Below are positions 50,607 to 60,597 of a stretch of DNA of 64,000 bases, piece by piece. The DNA lies in NCBI GenBank assembly GCA_035249365.1, contig DATFGP010000022.1, forward strand, positions 192,013 to 256,012. The letters run 5' to 3'. Both the position numbers and the translations under genes were made by a program. The notes below the pieces were generated by a model. The model was not told where the DNA came from. It worked only from the letters and a program-made list of their open reading frames with translations, and ran no database searches. How positions within the stretch are numbered: the stretch's first letter is position 1; each line of letters opens with the position of its first letter. This DNA comes from Pyrinomonadaceae bacterium. Lineage in GTDB: Bacteria > Acidobacteriota > Blastocatellia > Pyrinomonadales > Pyrinomonadaceae.

Positions 50607-52175
50607 ATGTCGCGTCACCTGTTAACCATCCTGATTCTGTTGCCCGTCGCGGGCGCGCTCACAGCCGTCGTCTACGGCATGGCCGCGCGCCACAGCGAGA
50701 CGGCATCCAAGTGGATCGCGCTCGCCTTCTCGACGGCGACCTTCGTGCTCTCGCTACTGCTTTTGACTGGCGGCGGCTACGCCGACTCGGCGGCGTTTCG
50801 TTTTGAAATTAATGAAGCGTGGATCGGGGCTATCGGCGCGCGTTATCACGTCGGCGTTGACGGCATTAGCCTGTGGCTCGTCATACTCACGACGCTGCTC
50901 GTGCCCATCTCTATCATCTCAAGTTGGCATGCTGTAGAGCGTCGCCCGCTCGCTTTCTACACCTTCATCCTGCTCCTTGAGAGCGCGATGCTCGGCGTCT
51001 TCGTCTCGCTCGATCTGCTCGTCTTCTACCTCTTCTTCGAGGCGTCGCTCGTGCCGATGTTTTTCCTCATCGGCGTGTGGGGAGGCGAGCGGCGTATTTA
51101 CGCGGCGGCGAAATTTTTCATCTTCACGGCGATCGGCAGTCTCCTGATGCTCGTCGGCATCATCGCGCTTTACTACATACATGCCAATCCGGATCAGGCG
51201 GGCTTCGGAACATTCGACTACGTGACCCTGCTCGAATCGCTTCGCAACGGTAAGTTGAAGCTCGGCGAGGACGCGCAGTTCTGGCTCTTCCTCGCCTTCG
51301 CCATCGCCTTCGCGATCAAAGTGCCGCTCTTCCCGTTTCACACTTGGCTACCCGACGCGCACACGGAAGCGCCGACCGCAGGCTCAGTCATTCTCGCGGG
51401 CGTGCTCTTGAAGATGGGCACTTACGGATTGATGCGCTTCAACCTCGTGCTCTTCCCCGATGCCTCGCGCAAGTTCGCATGGCTGATGATCACGCTCGCC
51501 GTCATCGGCATCATCTACGGCGCGCTCGTCGCGATGGTGCAACCGGACGTGAAACGGCTCGTCGCCTACTCGTCGGTCAGCCACATGGGATTCGTCATGC
51601 TCGGCCTGTTCTCTTTCACCGAACAGGGCATGCAAGGTTCGCTCTACCAGATGCTCAATCACGGCGTCTCGACGGGCGCGCTCTTTCTGCTCGTCGGCAT
51701 GATCTACGAGCGACGGCACACGCGCATGATCTCCGAGTTCGGGGGCTTGGCGAAACCGATGCCCTGGTTTGCGACGCTTTTTGTTTTCGCATCGTTGTCA
51801 TCTGTCGGCTTGCCGATTTTGAACGGCTTCGTGGGCGAGTTTTTGATCATGCTCGGCATGTGGACTTCGCCTGCGCTCTCGCAGACGTGGTCGCGCGTGG
51901 TGACGATGCTCGCGGCAACGGGCGTCATCTGGGCGGCGGTCTACATGCTCTGGATGTTGCAGCGCGTACTCTTCGGGCGCGTGAAAAACGAGAAGAACAA
52001 ACGCTTGACTGACCTCAACTGGCGCGAACTCGGCTTGCTCCTGCCGCTGCTCTTGTTGATGATCTACATGGGCGTCTACCCGCGCCCGTTCCTGAATCGC
52101 TCGCGCGCCGCAGTCGAACTCGTACGCTCGCGCGTCGTGGCAACGGAGAGCGGCGGCGTGATCGCCGAAAAGTAG
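50607..52175 (+). CDS. nuoM: NADH-quinone oxidoreductase subunit M
   Basis: ND4 family. Confidence 0.95.
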   Translation: MSRHLLTILILLPVAGALTAVVYGMAARHSETASKWIALAFSTATFVLSLLLLTGGGYADSAAFRFEINEAWIGAIGARYHVGVDGISLWLVILTTLLVPISIISSWHAVERRPLAFYTFILLLESAMLGVFVSLDLLVFYLFFEASLVPMFFLIGVWGGERRIYAAAKFFIFTAIGSLLMLVGIIALYYIHANPDQAGFGTFDYVTLLESLRNGKLKLGEDAQFWLFLAFAIAFAIKVPLFPFHTWLPDAHTEAPTAGSVILAGVLLKMGTYGLMRFNLVLFPDASRKFAWLMITLAVIGIIYGALVAMVQPDVKRLVAYSSVSHMGFVMLGLFSFTEQGMQGSLYQMLNHGVSTGALFLLVGMIYERRHTRMISEFGGLAKPMPWFATLFVFASLSSVGLPILNGFVGEFLIMLGMWTSPALSQTWSRVVTMLAATGVIWAAVYMLWMLQRVLFGRVKNEKNKRLTDLNWRELGLLLPLLLLMIYMGVYPRPFLNRSRAAVELVRSRVVATESGGVIAEK

Positions 52176-52222
52176 TAAGCGCATATTTCAACTTTGAAAG
52201 CGGCAGATTTGATAGTGGAATT

Positions 52223-52825
52223 TTGAAGTTGGTCGGATTTGAAGTAAGTATGTTGAAACTAAGCAAGAGGTTTTATCTCGCTACGGCGTTGCTGCTCGCT
52301 TTGCTCTGCGGCGCATTGCCGCTCGCGGGGTCGCCGCACGCTAATTCAAACGAACGCGTTAGTATTAAGCTCAAGGGCGTTGACGGGAAGACTTACGATG
52401 TGGCCGCGATGCGCGGCGAAGTGGTGCTCGTCTCTTTCGGCGCGACGTGGTGCAAGCCGTGCGCGTGGGAGTTGGAAGCCCTCGAAGAGTTGAAGCGTGA
52501 GTATGCGGGGCGCGGCGTCAAGTTTTTGTGGGTGAGCATTGAGAATGACGATCAAACTTCAAACGAGTTGCTGCGCGATTACGCGAAGTCTCTGAAGATG
52601 ACGATTCCCGTCCTGCGCGATCCTGAAAAGACCGCCTTCGCGCAGTTCAGCGAGCGCGTGCGTCTGCCGATGGTCGTCTTCTTCGACCGCGAAGGGAATT
52701 TCATCCCGCCCAAGCACACGGGCATGACTTCGCAAGCAGAGGATTACAAGAAACTGATCCGCAGCCGTCTCGACCAGATACTCCGCGCCGAAGAGGATGC
52801 GGGCGGCGCGCCCCCGCTGCCGTAA
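52223..52825 (+). CDS. TlpA/ResA-like thiol-disulfide oxidoreductase (thioredoxin fold, WCKPC) inserted between nuoM and nuoN
   Basis: Signal/lipoprotein-like N-terminus, and SFGATWCKPC in a TlpA-like context. Confidence 0.8.
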   Translation: MKLVGFEVSMLKLSKRFYLATALLLALLCGALPLAGSPHANSNERVSIKLKGVDGKTYDVAAMRGEVVLVSFGATWCKPCAWELEALEELKREYAGRGVKFLWVSIENDDQTSNELLRDYAKSLKMTIPVLRDPEKTAFAQFSERVRLPMVVFFDREGNFIPPKHTGMTSQAEDYKKLIRSRLDQILRAEEDAGGAPPLP

Positions 52826-52886
52826 TCATTGTTGCTGTCACCGCTCGCCGTTTGAATTTGACGGCTGTTAGTGCTGAGTTAAAAAG

Positions 52887-54464
52887 ATGAACTTGTGTCT
52901 CGCATTTCAAATTGCTCAGGCCGCGTCGCCTGACATCAATTTCATGCTCATCCTGCCGGAGACGATCATCTCCGTCGTGGGCGTGCTGGTCATGCTCGTC
53001 GATGCGTTCACGCGCCGCTCGAGCCAGCGCTGGGTGACGGGACTGCTCTCGCTCGCGGGACTCGTCGCCGCCGCAGCCGTCTGCATCCTCATGTGGAACG
53101 ATCAGACGACAGCGCGCGAAGCCTTCAACGGAATGATCGTGCTCGATCGCATGCGGCTCTCCTTCACGCTCGTCTTCCTCGTCGTCTCAGCACTCACGGT
53201 GCTCATCTCGATGATCTGGGTCGAATGGGAACACTTGCCTGCGGGCGAGTTTCATTCGCTCCTGATGTTCGCCACCGTCGGCATGACGCTGATGGCTTCG
53301 GGCGGCGACCTCGTGATCATCTTTCTCGGTCTCGAACTACTCTCCATCGCCACCTACGTCATGGCCGGATTCCGACGCACGGATGTGCGCTCGAACGAGT
53401 CCTCGATGAAGTATTTCATACTGGGCGCGTTCTCGTCTGCGTTCCTGCTCTACGGCATCGCGCTCGTCTACGGCGGCACGTCACTCGCAAACGGCGGCGC
53501 GGGCACGACCAACATTAAAGAACTCGCGCTCAGAGTCGGTGCGGAGAACGCTCTGGCCTACCCCGCGCTCCTTTACGCGGGCGCGGCGTTGATGCTCGTC
53601 GGCTTCGGATTCAAGATCGCGACCGCGCCGTTCCACGTCTGGACGCCCGACGTGTACGAGGGCGCGCCTACGCCCGTCACGGCTTTCATGGCCGCCGGGC
53701 CGAAGGCTTCCGGCTTCGCAGCCTTCATGCGCGTCTTCCTCTTCGGCTTCCCCTTCATCGCTGCAACGACGAACGCCGCGCAACTCCATTCCGCATGGAT
53801 GAACGCCCTCTGGCTGCTCGCGATCCTAACGATGTCGGTCGGCAACCTCGCTGCGCTCGTGCAGACGAACGTCAAACGCATGCTCGCCTATTCGTCCATC
53901 GCGCACGCGGGCTACGCGCTAGTCGGCTTCGTCGCGGCGGGACAGGCGCGCGATGAGGCGTTGCAAAATGAAGCCATCGCCGCCGTCGCCTTCTACCTTC
54001 TGGCCTACGCGGTGATGAACCTCGGCGCGTTCGCCGTCGTCACGCTCATCGCGCGCAGCGGCGACCGACGCACGGAGATCGAAGACTACAACGGCATCGG
54101 ATTTACCGCGCCCGCGCTCTCCTTCGCGCTCACGCTTTTTCTACTGAGTTTGCTCGGTATCCCTCTCACCGCAGGATTCATGGGCAAGGTGATGGTCTTC
54201 CGCGCCGCGCTCGATCAAGGCTTCGTCGCGCTCGTCGTCATCGGCGTTCTCAACACTGCGATTTCGGTATACTATTATTTGCGGCTCGTCGTCGTGATGT
54301 TCTTCCGCGAACGCTCGACCGCTTGGAGCGCACCCGCCGTGCCCGTCAGCGTCGCGCTGGCGATCATCATCACGGCGCTCGGCGTGTTTTATCTGGGAAT
54401 TTTTCCGGGTCATGTGTTGGACGCCTTCCGCGACTCGCAACAAGCTGTCAGCCAATTGAAGTGA
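52887..54464 (+). CDS. nuoN: NADH-quinone oxidoreductase subunit N
   Basis: ND2 family. Its TGA stop is the first TGA of the following R4 element. Confidence 0.9.
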   Translation: MNLCLAFQIAQAASPDINFMLILPETIISVVGVLVMLVDAFTRRSSQRWVTGLLSLAGLVAAAAVCILMWNDQTTAREAFNGMIVLDRMRLSFTLVFLVVSALTVLISMIWVEWEHLPAGEFHSLLMFATVGMTLMASGGDLVIIFLGLELLSIATYVMAGFRRTDVRSNESSMKYFILGAFSSAFLLYGIALVYGGTSLANGGAGTTNIKELALRVGAENALAYPALLYAGAALMLVGFGFKIATAPFHVWTPDVYEGAPTPVTAFMAAGPKASGFAAFMRVFLFGFPFIAATTNAAQLHSAWMNALWLLAILTMSVGNLAALVQTNVKRMLAYSSIAHAGYALVGFVAAGQARDEALQNEAIAAVAFYLLAYAVMNLGAFAVVTLIARSGDRRTEIEDYNGIGFTAPALSFALTLFLLSLLGIPLTAGFMGKVMVFRAALDQGFVALVVIGVLNTAISVYYYLRLVVVMFFRERSTAWSAPAVPVSVALAIIITALGVFYLGIFPGHVLDAFRDSQQAVSQLK

Positions 54465-54550
54465 CGAGTGACAGGTGACAAGTGACAAGTTAAAGCAAAA
54501 AACTTGTTTTGTTCTTGCTTGTCACTCGTCACTCGTCACTCGTCACTTCT
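54463..54550. repeat. Foldback element R4 following nuoN
   Basis: AGTGACGAGTGACAGGTGACAAGTGACAAG ... CTTGTCACTCGTCACTCGTCACTCGTCAC. Confidence 0.85.
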
Positions 54551-54551
54551 T

Positions 54552-55124
54552 ATGTCGTCTGCGACGAAGAGAGTTGATCAGTCGAGCGCACCCGTACAGG
54601 CGGGGGCTGCGGAGACGACTCGCGCGGCCAATTCCCTCGAAGCGTTGGCCGCGCAGATTAAAGAGATGCTTGGCGAATCATGGCTGCCGCGTTATTATCG
54701 TGAACGGATTTTGACTCTGCGCACGCGTGCTCACCAATTGCAAGCCGCATCAACGAAACCCGAACAAGTCAACGTGCAGCACACGCTGCTCGGCGTCGAA
54801 TTAAAGATCGGACGCCGCCGCATCAGTTGCCCCGATCTGGCGACCGCCCGTTACCTCGCGACATTCGCACGAGCGGGCTGCACGGGCGTGGCCGTCCCCT
54901 ACGACATCTCACGGATTTCCCTGCTCGCAGACGAACTCGAATCCGGTTGGCAACGCATGTTGTTGCTCGTAGAACATCTGGCGGGCGGGCGCAGCAAGGC
55001 TTACCGCACGCGCCTGCGCAACGCTCTCATCGCGCAGGCGCGCCGCGAAATTGCGGAGGCCGGAATTGGCACACTTATTCCACAATTCAACCAGAATACG
55101 AAACAACGACGGCGCGGCGTTTGA
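54552..55124 (+). CDS. Hypothetical protein
   Basis: Start MSSATKRV sits directly after the R4 element (…TCACTTCTTATG). No family recognised. Confidence 0.5.
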   Translation: MSSATKRVDQSSAPVQAGAAETTRAANSLEALAAQIKEMLGESWLPRYYRERILTLRTRAHQLQAASTKPEQVNVQHTLLGVELKIGRRRISCPDLATARYLATFARAGCTGVAVPYDISRISLLADELESGWQRMLLLVEHLAGGRSKAYRTRLRNALIAQARREIAEAGIGTLIPQFNQNTKQRRRGV

Positions 55125-55154
55125 ACATCTAATCCCGAACTGGTAAATTATTTT

Positions 55155-56087
55155 TTGATGATGCAAGAAGTTAAAGAGAAAATCACGCCCATTGATCAAG
55201 AGGAACCGCTCCCCTTCCCTTTCAACCAACGCAGCTTTTGCCGCTTCGAGTCGATTGAAAAGCGCATCGAGGCGATTCGCGTGCTCGTCATAGATGATCT
55301 GCTGCGCGACGAAAGCGATCTCTCCGAACTGGCGGTGCGCGAGTGGGGGCGGCGCGCCAAGTCGCACCTGCAACGCGAGCGTCAGATCGCGGATCTCGCC
55401 GTCTCGAACATTCGCAACAACATTTCGCGTCTCGTGCGCGAGCCGGAAACGCGCGTTGCGCACGTCTCGGAAATTGCCGAGGTGGCCGACGAGTTCGAGC
55501 CGCAGGCGATAGTTTTGAGCGGTACGCTGCGCGACTTCGACTACTATCACCCGCGCGTCATCGAAAACTTCGGCCAGTTCATACGCACTACGAAGATTCC
55601 CGTGCTCGGCATTTGCGGTGGGCATCAACTCGTGGGACTCGGCTTCGGTGCGCGCGTCGTCACGCTCGACAACCGCGAGCAGCACGAGCGCCGCGACGGG
55701 CGACCCTTCGAGTACCAGTATCGCTTCATACGCATCACCGACCCCGAAGACCCGATCTTCGAGGGCGTGAGCGACCGCGAATCAGGCATCTGGCAGGACT
55801 ACACTATCGAAGCCTGCATCCTGCGCGTCTGGCAGAATCACGGCCTCCAACTCGATCACGTCCCGGAAGGTTTCAAACTCCTCGCCACCGCCTACTTCTG
55901 TCGCAATCAGATGATGGTCAAACGCAATGAGGGGCAACTCATCTATACCGTGCAATTCCACCTCGAAAAATCTTTCGAGGACTGGGACAAGACGCGCGCC
56001 ACGCGCTGGGAACACCCGAACGAGTCGCGCGACGGGCGCATCATCTTCGAGAACTTCCTGCGTGAATCGCTCAAACACGCGGCGTAA
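55155..56087 (+). CDS. Class I glutamine amidotransferase-like protein
   Basis: GICGGHQLVG nucleophile-elbow context and a distal His region. Has an N-terminal extension. Confidence 0.75.
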   Translation: MMMQEVKEKITPIDQEEPLPFPFNQRSFCRFESIEKRIEAIRVLVIDDLLRDESDLSELAVREWGRRAKSHLQRERQIADLAVSNIRNNISRLVREPETRVAHVSEIAEVADEFEPQAIVLSGTLRDFDYYHPRVIENFGQFIRTTKIPVLGICGGHQLVGLGFGARVVTLDNREQHERRDGRPFEYQYRFIRITDPEDPIFEGVSDRESGIWQDYTIEACILRVWQNHGLQLDHVPEGFKLLATAYFCRNQMMVKRNEGQLIYTVQFHLEKSFEDWDKTRATRWEHPNESRDGRIIFENFLRESLKHAA

Positions 56088-56110
56088 ACATTTCGAGTTA
56101 GCGAGAGACG

Positions 56111-56148
56111 CAAAAAAGCCTCCGGCGCGATTGCCGGAGGCTTTTTTG
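56111..56148. terminator. Bidirectional rho-independent terminator
   Basis: A6-GCCTCCGGC-gcgatt-GCCGGAGGC-T6. Confidence 0.8.
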
Positions 56149-56180
56149 CGTTTCTGGAAATTCAGGAGACGCGCCCTCGG

Positions 56181-57290
56181 TCAGATGGTGGGAACGTTTT
56201 CCATTGTGAGTTGGATGAGGCGATCAACCACGTCTTTGAGATCGCCCGTCTCGGCGAACACACGCAGTTGCTCATCGGCTGACGTGCCGCGTTCGAGGAT
56301 TGTGTGGATGTGTTCGACCTCCTTGCGCGAGCCGAGATCGTCGAGCACCTCGTCAACGAAGTCGAGCAGTTCGAGTATGAGATCGCGTACGGGCACTTCC
56401 TTCTGCTTGCCGAAGTCGATCATCTTGCCCTCCAAGCCCCAGCGCACCGCGCGCCACTTGTTTTCTTGAATCAATGCGCGGCGATAGAGGCGGAAGCCGA
56501 GATTTTTCTCGATCAATCTATCGAGCCGGGCGACGATGGCTTGGAAGAGCGCGGCGATGGCAATCGTGTCGTCAACACGCGTCGGGATGTCGCAGACGCG
56601 AAACTCAAGCGTCTCAAAATATGGATGCGGGCGCACGTCCCACCAGATTTTTTTCGGGTTGCTGATGCAGTTCGTGTCGAGCAGGAGTTTGATGTAACGC
56701 TGAAACGAAGCGTAGGAATCGAAATGGTCTGGAATATCCGTGCGCGGAAACTTCTTGAAGACTTCGGAGCGGTAAGACTTCAATCCCGTGTTGATGCCGA
56801 GCCAGAAGGGCGACGAAGTGGTCAGCGCCAACACGTGCGGCAGGAAATAGCGCGCGGCGTTCATAATGTGAATCTGCCGCTCGCGGTCTGTGATGCCGAC
56901 GTGGACGTGCAGGCCGAAGATGAGAAGCGAGCGTGCGACCATCTGTAGTTCTTCGATGAGGAGCGTGTAGTGCGGGTCGTCGTAAATCTTTTGCTCGCGC
57001 CACTGCGAGATCGGGTGGGTCGAGGCAGCGACGACTTCGAGGCCGTTTTTGCGCGCAAGCGAAGAGACGATGGCGCGCAAATTTGTGATATCGGTGCGCG
57101 CCTCCTGAATGTTGTGACAGATGCCCGTGCCGACTTCGATCATTGACTGGATCATCTCCGGCTTGATCTTCTCGCCGAGCAGCATCTTCCCTTCCTCAAG
57201 CATTTCCGAGACGTGCGAACGCAACTCGCGCGTCTGCGGGTCAACGATCTGGAATTCTTCTTCGATGCCAAGTGTGTATTGCTCGAACAT
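56181..57290 (-). CDS. YbdK-type carboxylate-amine ligase (glutamate-cysteine ligase family 2)
   Basis: LGIEEEFQIVD ... FGLHVHVGI ... WWDVRPHPYFETLEFRVCD matches GCS2/YbdK. Confidence 0.85.
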   Translation of the reverse strand: MFEQYTLGIEEEFQIVDPQTRELRSHVSEMLEEGKMLLGEKIKPEMIQSMIEVGTGICHNIQEARTDITNLRAIVSSLARKNGLEVVAASTHPISQWREQKIYDDPHYTLLIEELQMVARSLLIFGLHVHVGITDRERQIHIMNAARYFLPHVLALTTSSPFWLGINTGLKSYRSEVFKKFPRTDIPDHFDSYASFQRYIKLLLDTNCISNPKKIWWDVRPHPYFETLEFRVCDIPTRVDDTIAIAALFQAIVARLDRLIEKNLGFRLYRRALIQENKWRAVRWGLEGKMIDFGKQKEVPVRDLILELLDFVDEVLDDLGSRKEVEHIHTILERGTSADEQLRVFAETGDLKDVVDRLIQLTMENVPTI

Positions 57291-57403
57291 ATGTTTACGC
57301 TCTCCTTGCAAGACCCGACATGAGTTGAGCTATTGGGGGAAGAAACGGAAAACTTCAAACGCAGCCTGCCGCTAACGGCGTCGCCCCGCCCGCATGGGTG
57401 GCT

Positions 57404-57934
57404 CTAAGCGAGCGTCGCCTTGATCGCGCGCCAGTCCGGCGTCTCGCCGCGCACCATCTCACGCCACAAATGGCGGAGCGCGCTGAGCGGGCTGGCGAGG
57501 GGCGAGTACACATCGAAATGAACCCCCCAGAGCGGAGCGACAGTTCGCATCTTCAAAAAATGCAGCACGGCGCGCGAGCGGCCAGTCTCGTAAAAGCCTT
57601 CTGCGGTATTGCGGTGCGCGGCGAAGCGCGAAGTAAAGTTGCGACTTTTAGCCAACGTCGCGGTAAGGTTACCGCGCGCGCGAAAATCCATGCCGACGCC
57701 GCCGAGACCGTACACGTTCCCGATGCTTTCGATCTCGCGCCACAGATTCAACTCTTTCAGGCGACGGACGAAGAGCAACAACGCTTGTTGCTTGTCCACG
57801 TCGAGCACGTCGAACGCGTCGCGGGCATCCGCGTGCCCGTACAAGCCTGCGACCTTTTGAGCCAAATCGTCGCGCAAGTCTTCGGGCAATTCGTCCCAGC
57901 GCAGCTTCGCGTCGTCAATCGCCTCGCCCATCAA
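57404..57934 (-). CDS. Hypothetical protein co-transcribed with PilZ and YbdK-like genes
   Basis: 176 aa. Its start overlaps the PilZ stop. No family recognised. Confidence 0.5.
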   Translation of the reverse strand: MMGEAIDDAKLRWDELPEDLRDDLAQKVAGLYGHADARDAFDVLDVDKQQALLLFVRRLKELNLWREIESIGNVYGLGGVGMDFRARGNLTATLAKSRNFTSRFAAHRNTAEGFYETGRSRAVLHFLKMRTVAPLWGVHFDVYSPLASPLSALRHLWREMVRGETPDWRAIKATLA

Positions 57935-58269
57935 CTTTGGCGCTGTAGAGCGCGCATCATCGTCGCGCGATCCTTCTCCGACAGTCCTTGAAAACGCACA
58001 CCCACGCCGAGGCCGGGATTGCTGTAAACCACTTCGGCGTTAACGATCACGTCGCCTTCCGCAAACGGGAGGCGAAGCGTGAGCAAGCCGCCTTCGGGCA
58101 ACTCGGTCTGCGTGTTCATGTAGAGGCCACCGGGGCTGATGTCTTTGGTGCTGGCGATGGCCGTGCCGTCAGCGCCGTCGAAGAACACGTCAACGATCAG
58201 GCGCGAGCGGTCGTACTGGCGTCGCTCGTCCGCTGGCAAATTCGACTCCGCATCAAACTCTTCGCTCAT
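57931..58269 (-). CDS. PilZ domain protein (c-di-GMP binding)
   Basis: RRQYDRSR ... DISPGGLYM matches the RxxxR / D-x-S-x-x-G PilZ motifs. Confidence 0.75.
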   Translation of the reverse strand: MSEEFDAESNLPADERRQYDRSRLIVDVFFDGADGTAIASTKDISPGGLYMNTQTELPEGGLLTLRLPFAEGDVIVNAEVVYSNPGLGVGVRFQGLSEKDRATMMRALQRQS

Positions 58270-58408
58270 GCTCTCACTCTCCGTGCCGGATGAGTCTAAA
58301 GGTGAAGAACATCTGTATCTTACTCAAAGCCGAACAAAAGCGCGTCGCCCATTTTTCCTCATCGAAACAAAGCAAGCCGAATGTTAGACAATGTGTCAGA
58401 CGATGGCC

Positions 58409-59764
58409 TCACGTCTTCTCGCTGATGATGAACGTCGGAACCATGCCGCCGCCCGACGAGACGTTGGCGAGTTCTGTAAACGAAAGACGCGTGAAGGCCG
58501 AGCCGACCTTGCCGAAGAACAAAAGCGGGTCGAGGTCAACGAGTTGCTCCGCAAACTCAAACGTGCCGTCCGGCTGCAAGGCCGGAAACGCTTCGCGCGC
58601 AGTGCTCACGCGTTCCTGCAACAAGTAGTCGCCGTTGGAGAGCGCGTGGCGCAGTGCTGTGTCCCAACCGATCTCGTCTGTGTTCCAACCGATGTAGATG
58701 CCATGCCCGCCGTAGTCGTCGTTGGGTTTGAGGACGAGCCGGTCGCGCGAGTTGGCGGCAAATTCGAGCAGGTCTATTTGTTCGCCGTAGTGGTCTGTGC
58801 GTTCGGCGCGCACCTTGCGCGTCCAGGGGACGTGCGCGCGAATGGCAGCACGCTCCTCTTCGCTGAAGAGATGCGCGTAGCGTTCGTTCGTAAGCACGGC
58901 GAAGAGTGCTTTCTTGTGAATCAACTTGGAGCGGAAACTGTTGACCATGCAGATCGCGCCCGCGCGGTAAGCGTCGAGGAGCGCGGGAAACTCCGCCATG
59001 ATCGGGATGTACTCGTTGACGAGAAGACGCTTGTAGACGATGTCGATTTCATCCGCGCCGCAACGCAGGCGACCACCGCTAAACTCCAACTCCTGCGGCG
59101 AGCAGACGATTGACCTGTAGCCTTCCGACTCGAAATACTCCTGAAATAACTCGAACTCTTTTTGCGTCGGCAGGTCTTTCAAATCAATGATGGCGATGAG
59201 CGGTTTGCGTTCCGGCTCGCGCCCCAGATATTCCGTGTAGGCGCGCAGCAACACTTCGAGCATGAGATGGCGTCCGTAGAGCGGGCGCACGTTATAACGC
59301 TCGCCGAAGCGTTTCATCACGGGCAACTCGGAGAAGATCGAGAAGGCTGCATCGACGTAAGCGATGCCTGCGGGGCTTTCGCCGTTGAGTTCGACGAAGC
59401 TGTAGGCGTCGTCGGTCAGGAACGAATCGAGGCGCGCGGTCGGCGAGACGGCATCGTAGCCGGGGTCAATGCTGACGAGATCGCGCTCTAGTTCGGTGAT
59501 ACCGAGTTCATCCAACAATTCGTCGTTGCCGACCGCCGCGTCCTTCACCTTCTGGATCGCGCCCCAGACCACCTCGCAGACGCGCTCGATGCGCGCGAAG
59601 TCGGTTTCGGTGACGAAGTGCGGGCGCAGGTAGGGCGACAGACGACGACCGCCGAAGATCAGTTTAGCGCGCTCCAAACCCTCGTCGAGCATCTTGCGCG
59701 ACGCCTCGGCCAGATCATTATCCGCCAACAACTGGTGATAGTGCTCAACAGCTTCGTGTAGCAT
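58409..59764 (-). CDS. Circularly permuted ATP-grasp family protein (COG2308-like amidoligase)
   Basis: 451 aa. LKPNDDYGGHGIYIGW and surrounding conservation are typical of the circularly permuted type-2 ATP-grasp family. Confidence 0.7.
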   Translation of the reverse strand: MLHEAVEHYHQLLADNDLAEASRKMLDEGLERAKLIFGGRRLSPYLRPHFVTETDFARIERVCEVVWGAIQKVKDAAVGNDELLDELGITELERDLVSIDPGYDAVSPTARLDSFLTDDAYSFVELNGESPAGIAYVDAAFSIFSELPVMKRFGERYNVRPLYGRHLMLEVLLRAYTEYLGREPERKPLIAIIDLKDLPTQKEFELFQEYFESEGYRSIVCSPQELEFSGGRLRCGADEIDIVYKRLLVNEYIPIMAEFPALLDAYRAGAICMVNSFRSKLIHKKALFAVLTNERYAHLFSEEERAAIRAHVPWTRKVRAERTDHYGEQIDLLEFAANSRDRLVLKPNDDYGGHGIYIGWNTDEIGWDTALRHALSNGDYLLQERVSTAREAFPALQPDGTFEFAEQLVDLDPLLFFGKVGSAFTRLSFTELANVSSGGGMVPTFIISEKT

Positions 59765-59950
59765 GCCGCTCCCGTAGGAAACTTTTGCGAAAGCGATTTG
59801 TAAATCAAGAGCAAGTGTGCCGCTAGAGTATCACAATCGGGAAGGCAAAGGTAAAAAGGAACGAAAGAAAGGGTGGCGATTTGGTTTGAATTCAAGTGAA
59901 ACCGTCATATAAACTTCGGAGCGTTGAGGATGTGGCACACCTAAGATAAA

Positions 59951-60520
59951 ATGCTCAACATAATGACGCTTGACATATGGCTAAAGATTATCTCGACGTT
60001 CTTCACCGCCGTCATAGGTGTAGCAGCTTGGCTTATAGCTTATCAACAACTCAGGCTTAACAAAACGCTTTCTTCACAACAAATCAGACTTGCTTCCGAG
60101 CAACTCAGACTTAGCGAGGCTAAGTTAAAGTTTGACTTGTACGAACGGCGTCTAAAACTATTTGAGATAGTTAAAGAATTCAATGGTGGCTTCGCTATGA
60201 GTGGGAAAGCCGACACAGGCAAGTTTTATCACGATACAATTGAACGGCACTTTTTGTTTGATGACGATGTATCCGCTTATATTGGTGAGGTGTATCAAAG
60301 GGCGCTTAAGGCAAAGCGTACTATACTAAAACTCGACAGCCCAAATCTCACCGAAGCTGATAGAGAAACACTTAATGCACAACATGTAGCACAGATGCAG
60401 TGGTTCTACGATCAGGCGGAAAATGCACCTAAGGTCTTTTCTAAAGATTTATCTATCAATACTCTTAAACAGTCTGGTTTGTTGCCTGTGAAATCCTCAT
60501 ACCCTCAGCTTTCAAACTGA
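59951..60520 (+). CDS. Hypothetical protein with N-terminal TM helix, in an AT-rich islet
   Basis: 189 aa with low GC. No family recognised. Confidence 0.45.
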   Translation: MLNIMTLDIWLKIISTFFTAVIGVAAWLIAYQQLRLNKTLSSQQIRLASEQLRLSEAKLKFDLYERRLKLFEIVKEFNGGFAMSGKADTGKFYHDTIERHFLFDDDVSAYIGEVYQRALKAKRTILKLDSPNLTEADRETLNAQHVAQMQWFYDQAENAPKVFSKDLSINTLKQSGLLPVKSSYPQLSN

Positions 60521-60597
60521 ATCACTACCAAAGAAAGCGGATGCCGATCAGCCTCCCGTCATCTCTTTCGCCTTTCAGCGTATTAAGTTCGCAGATG

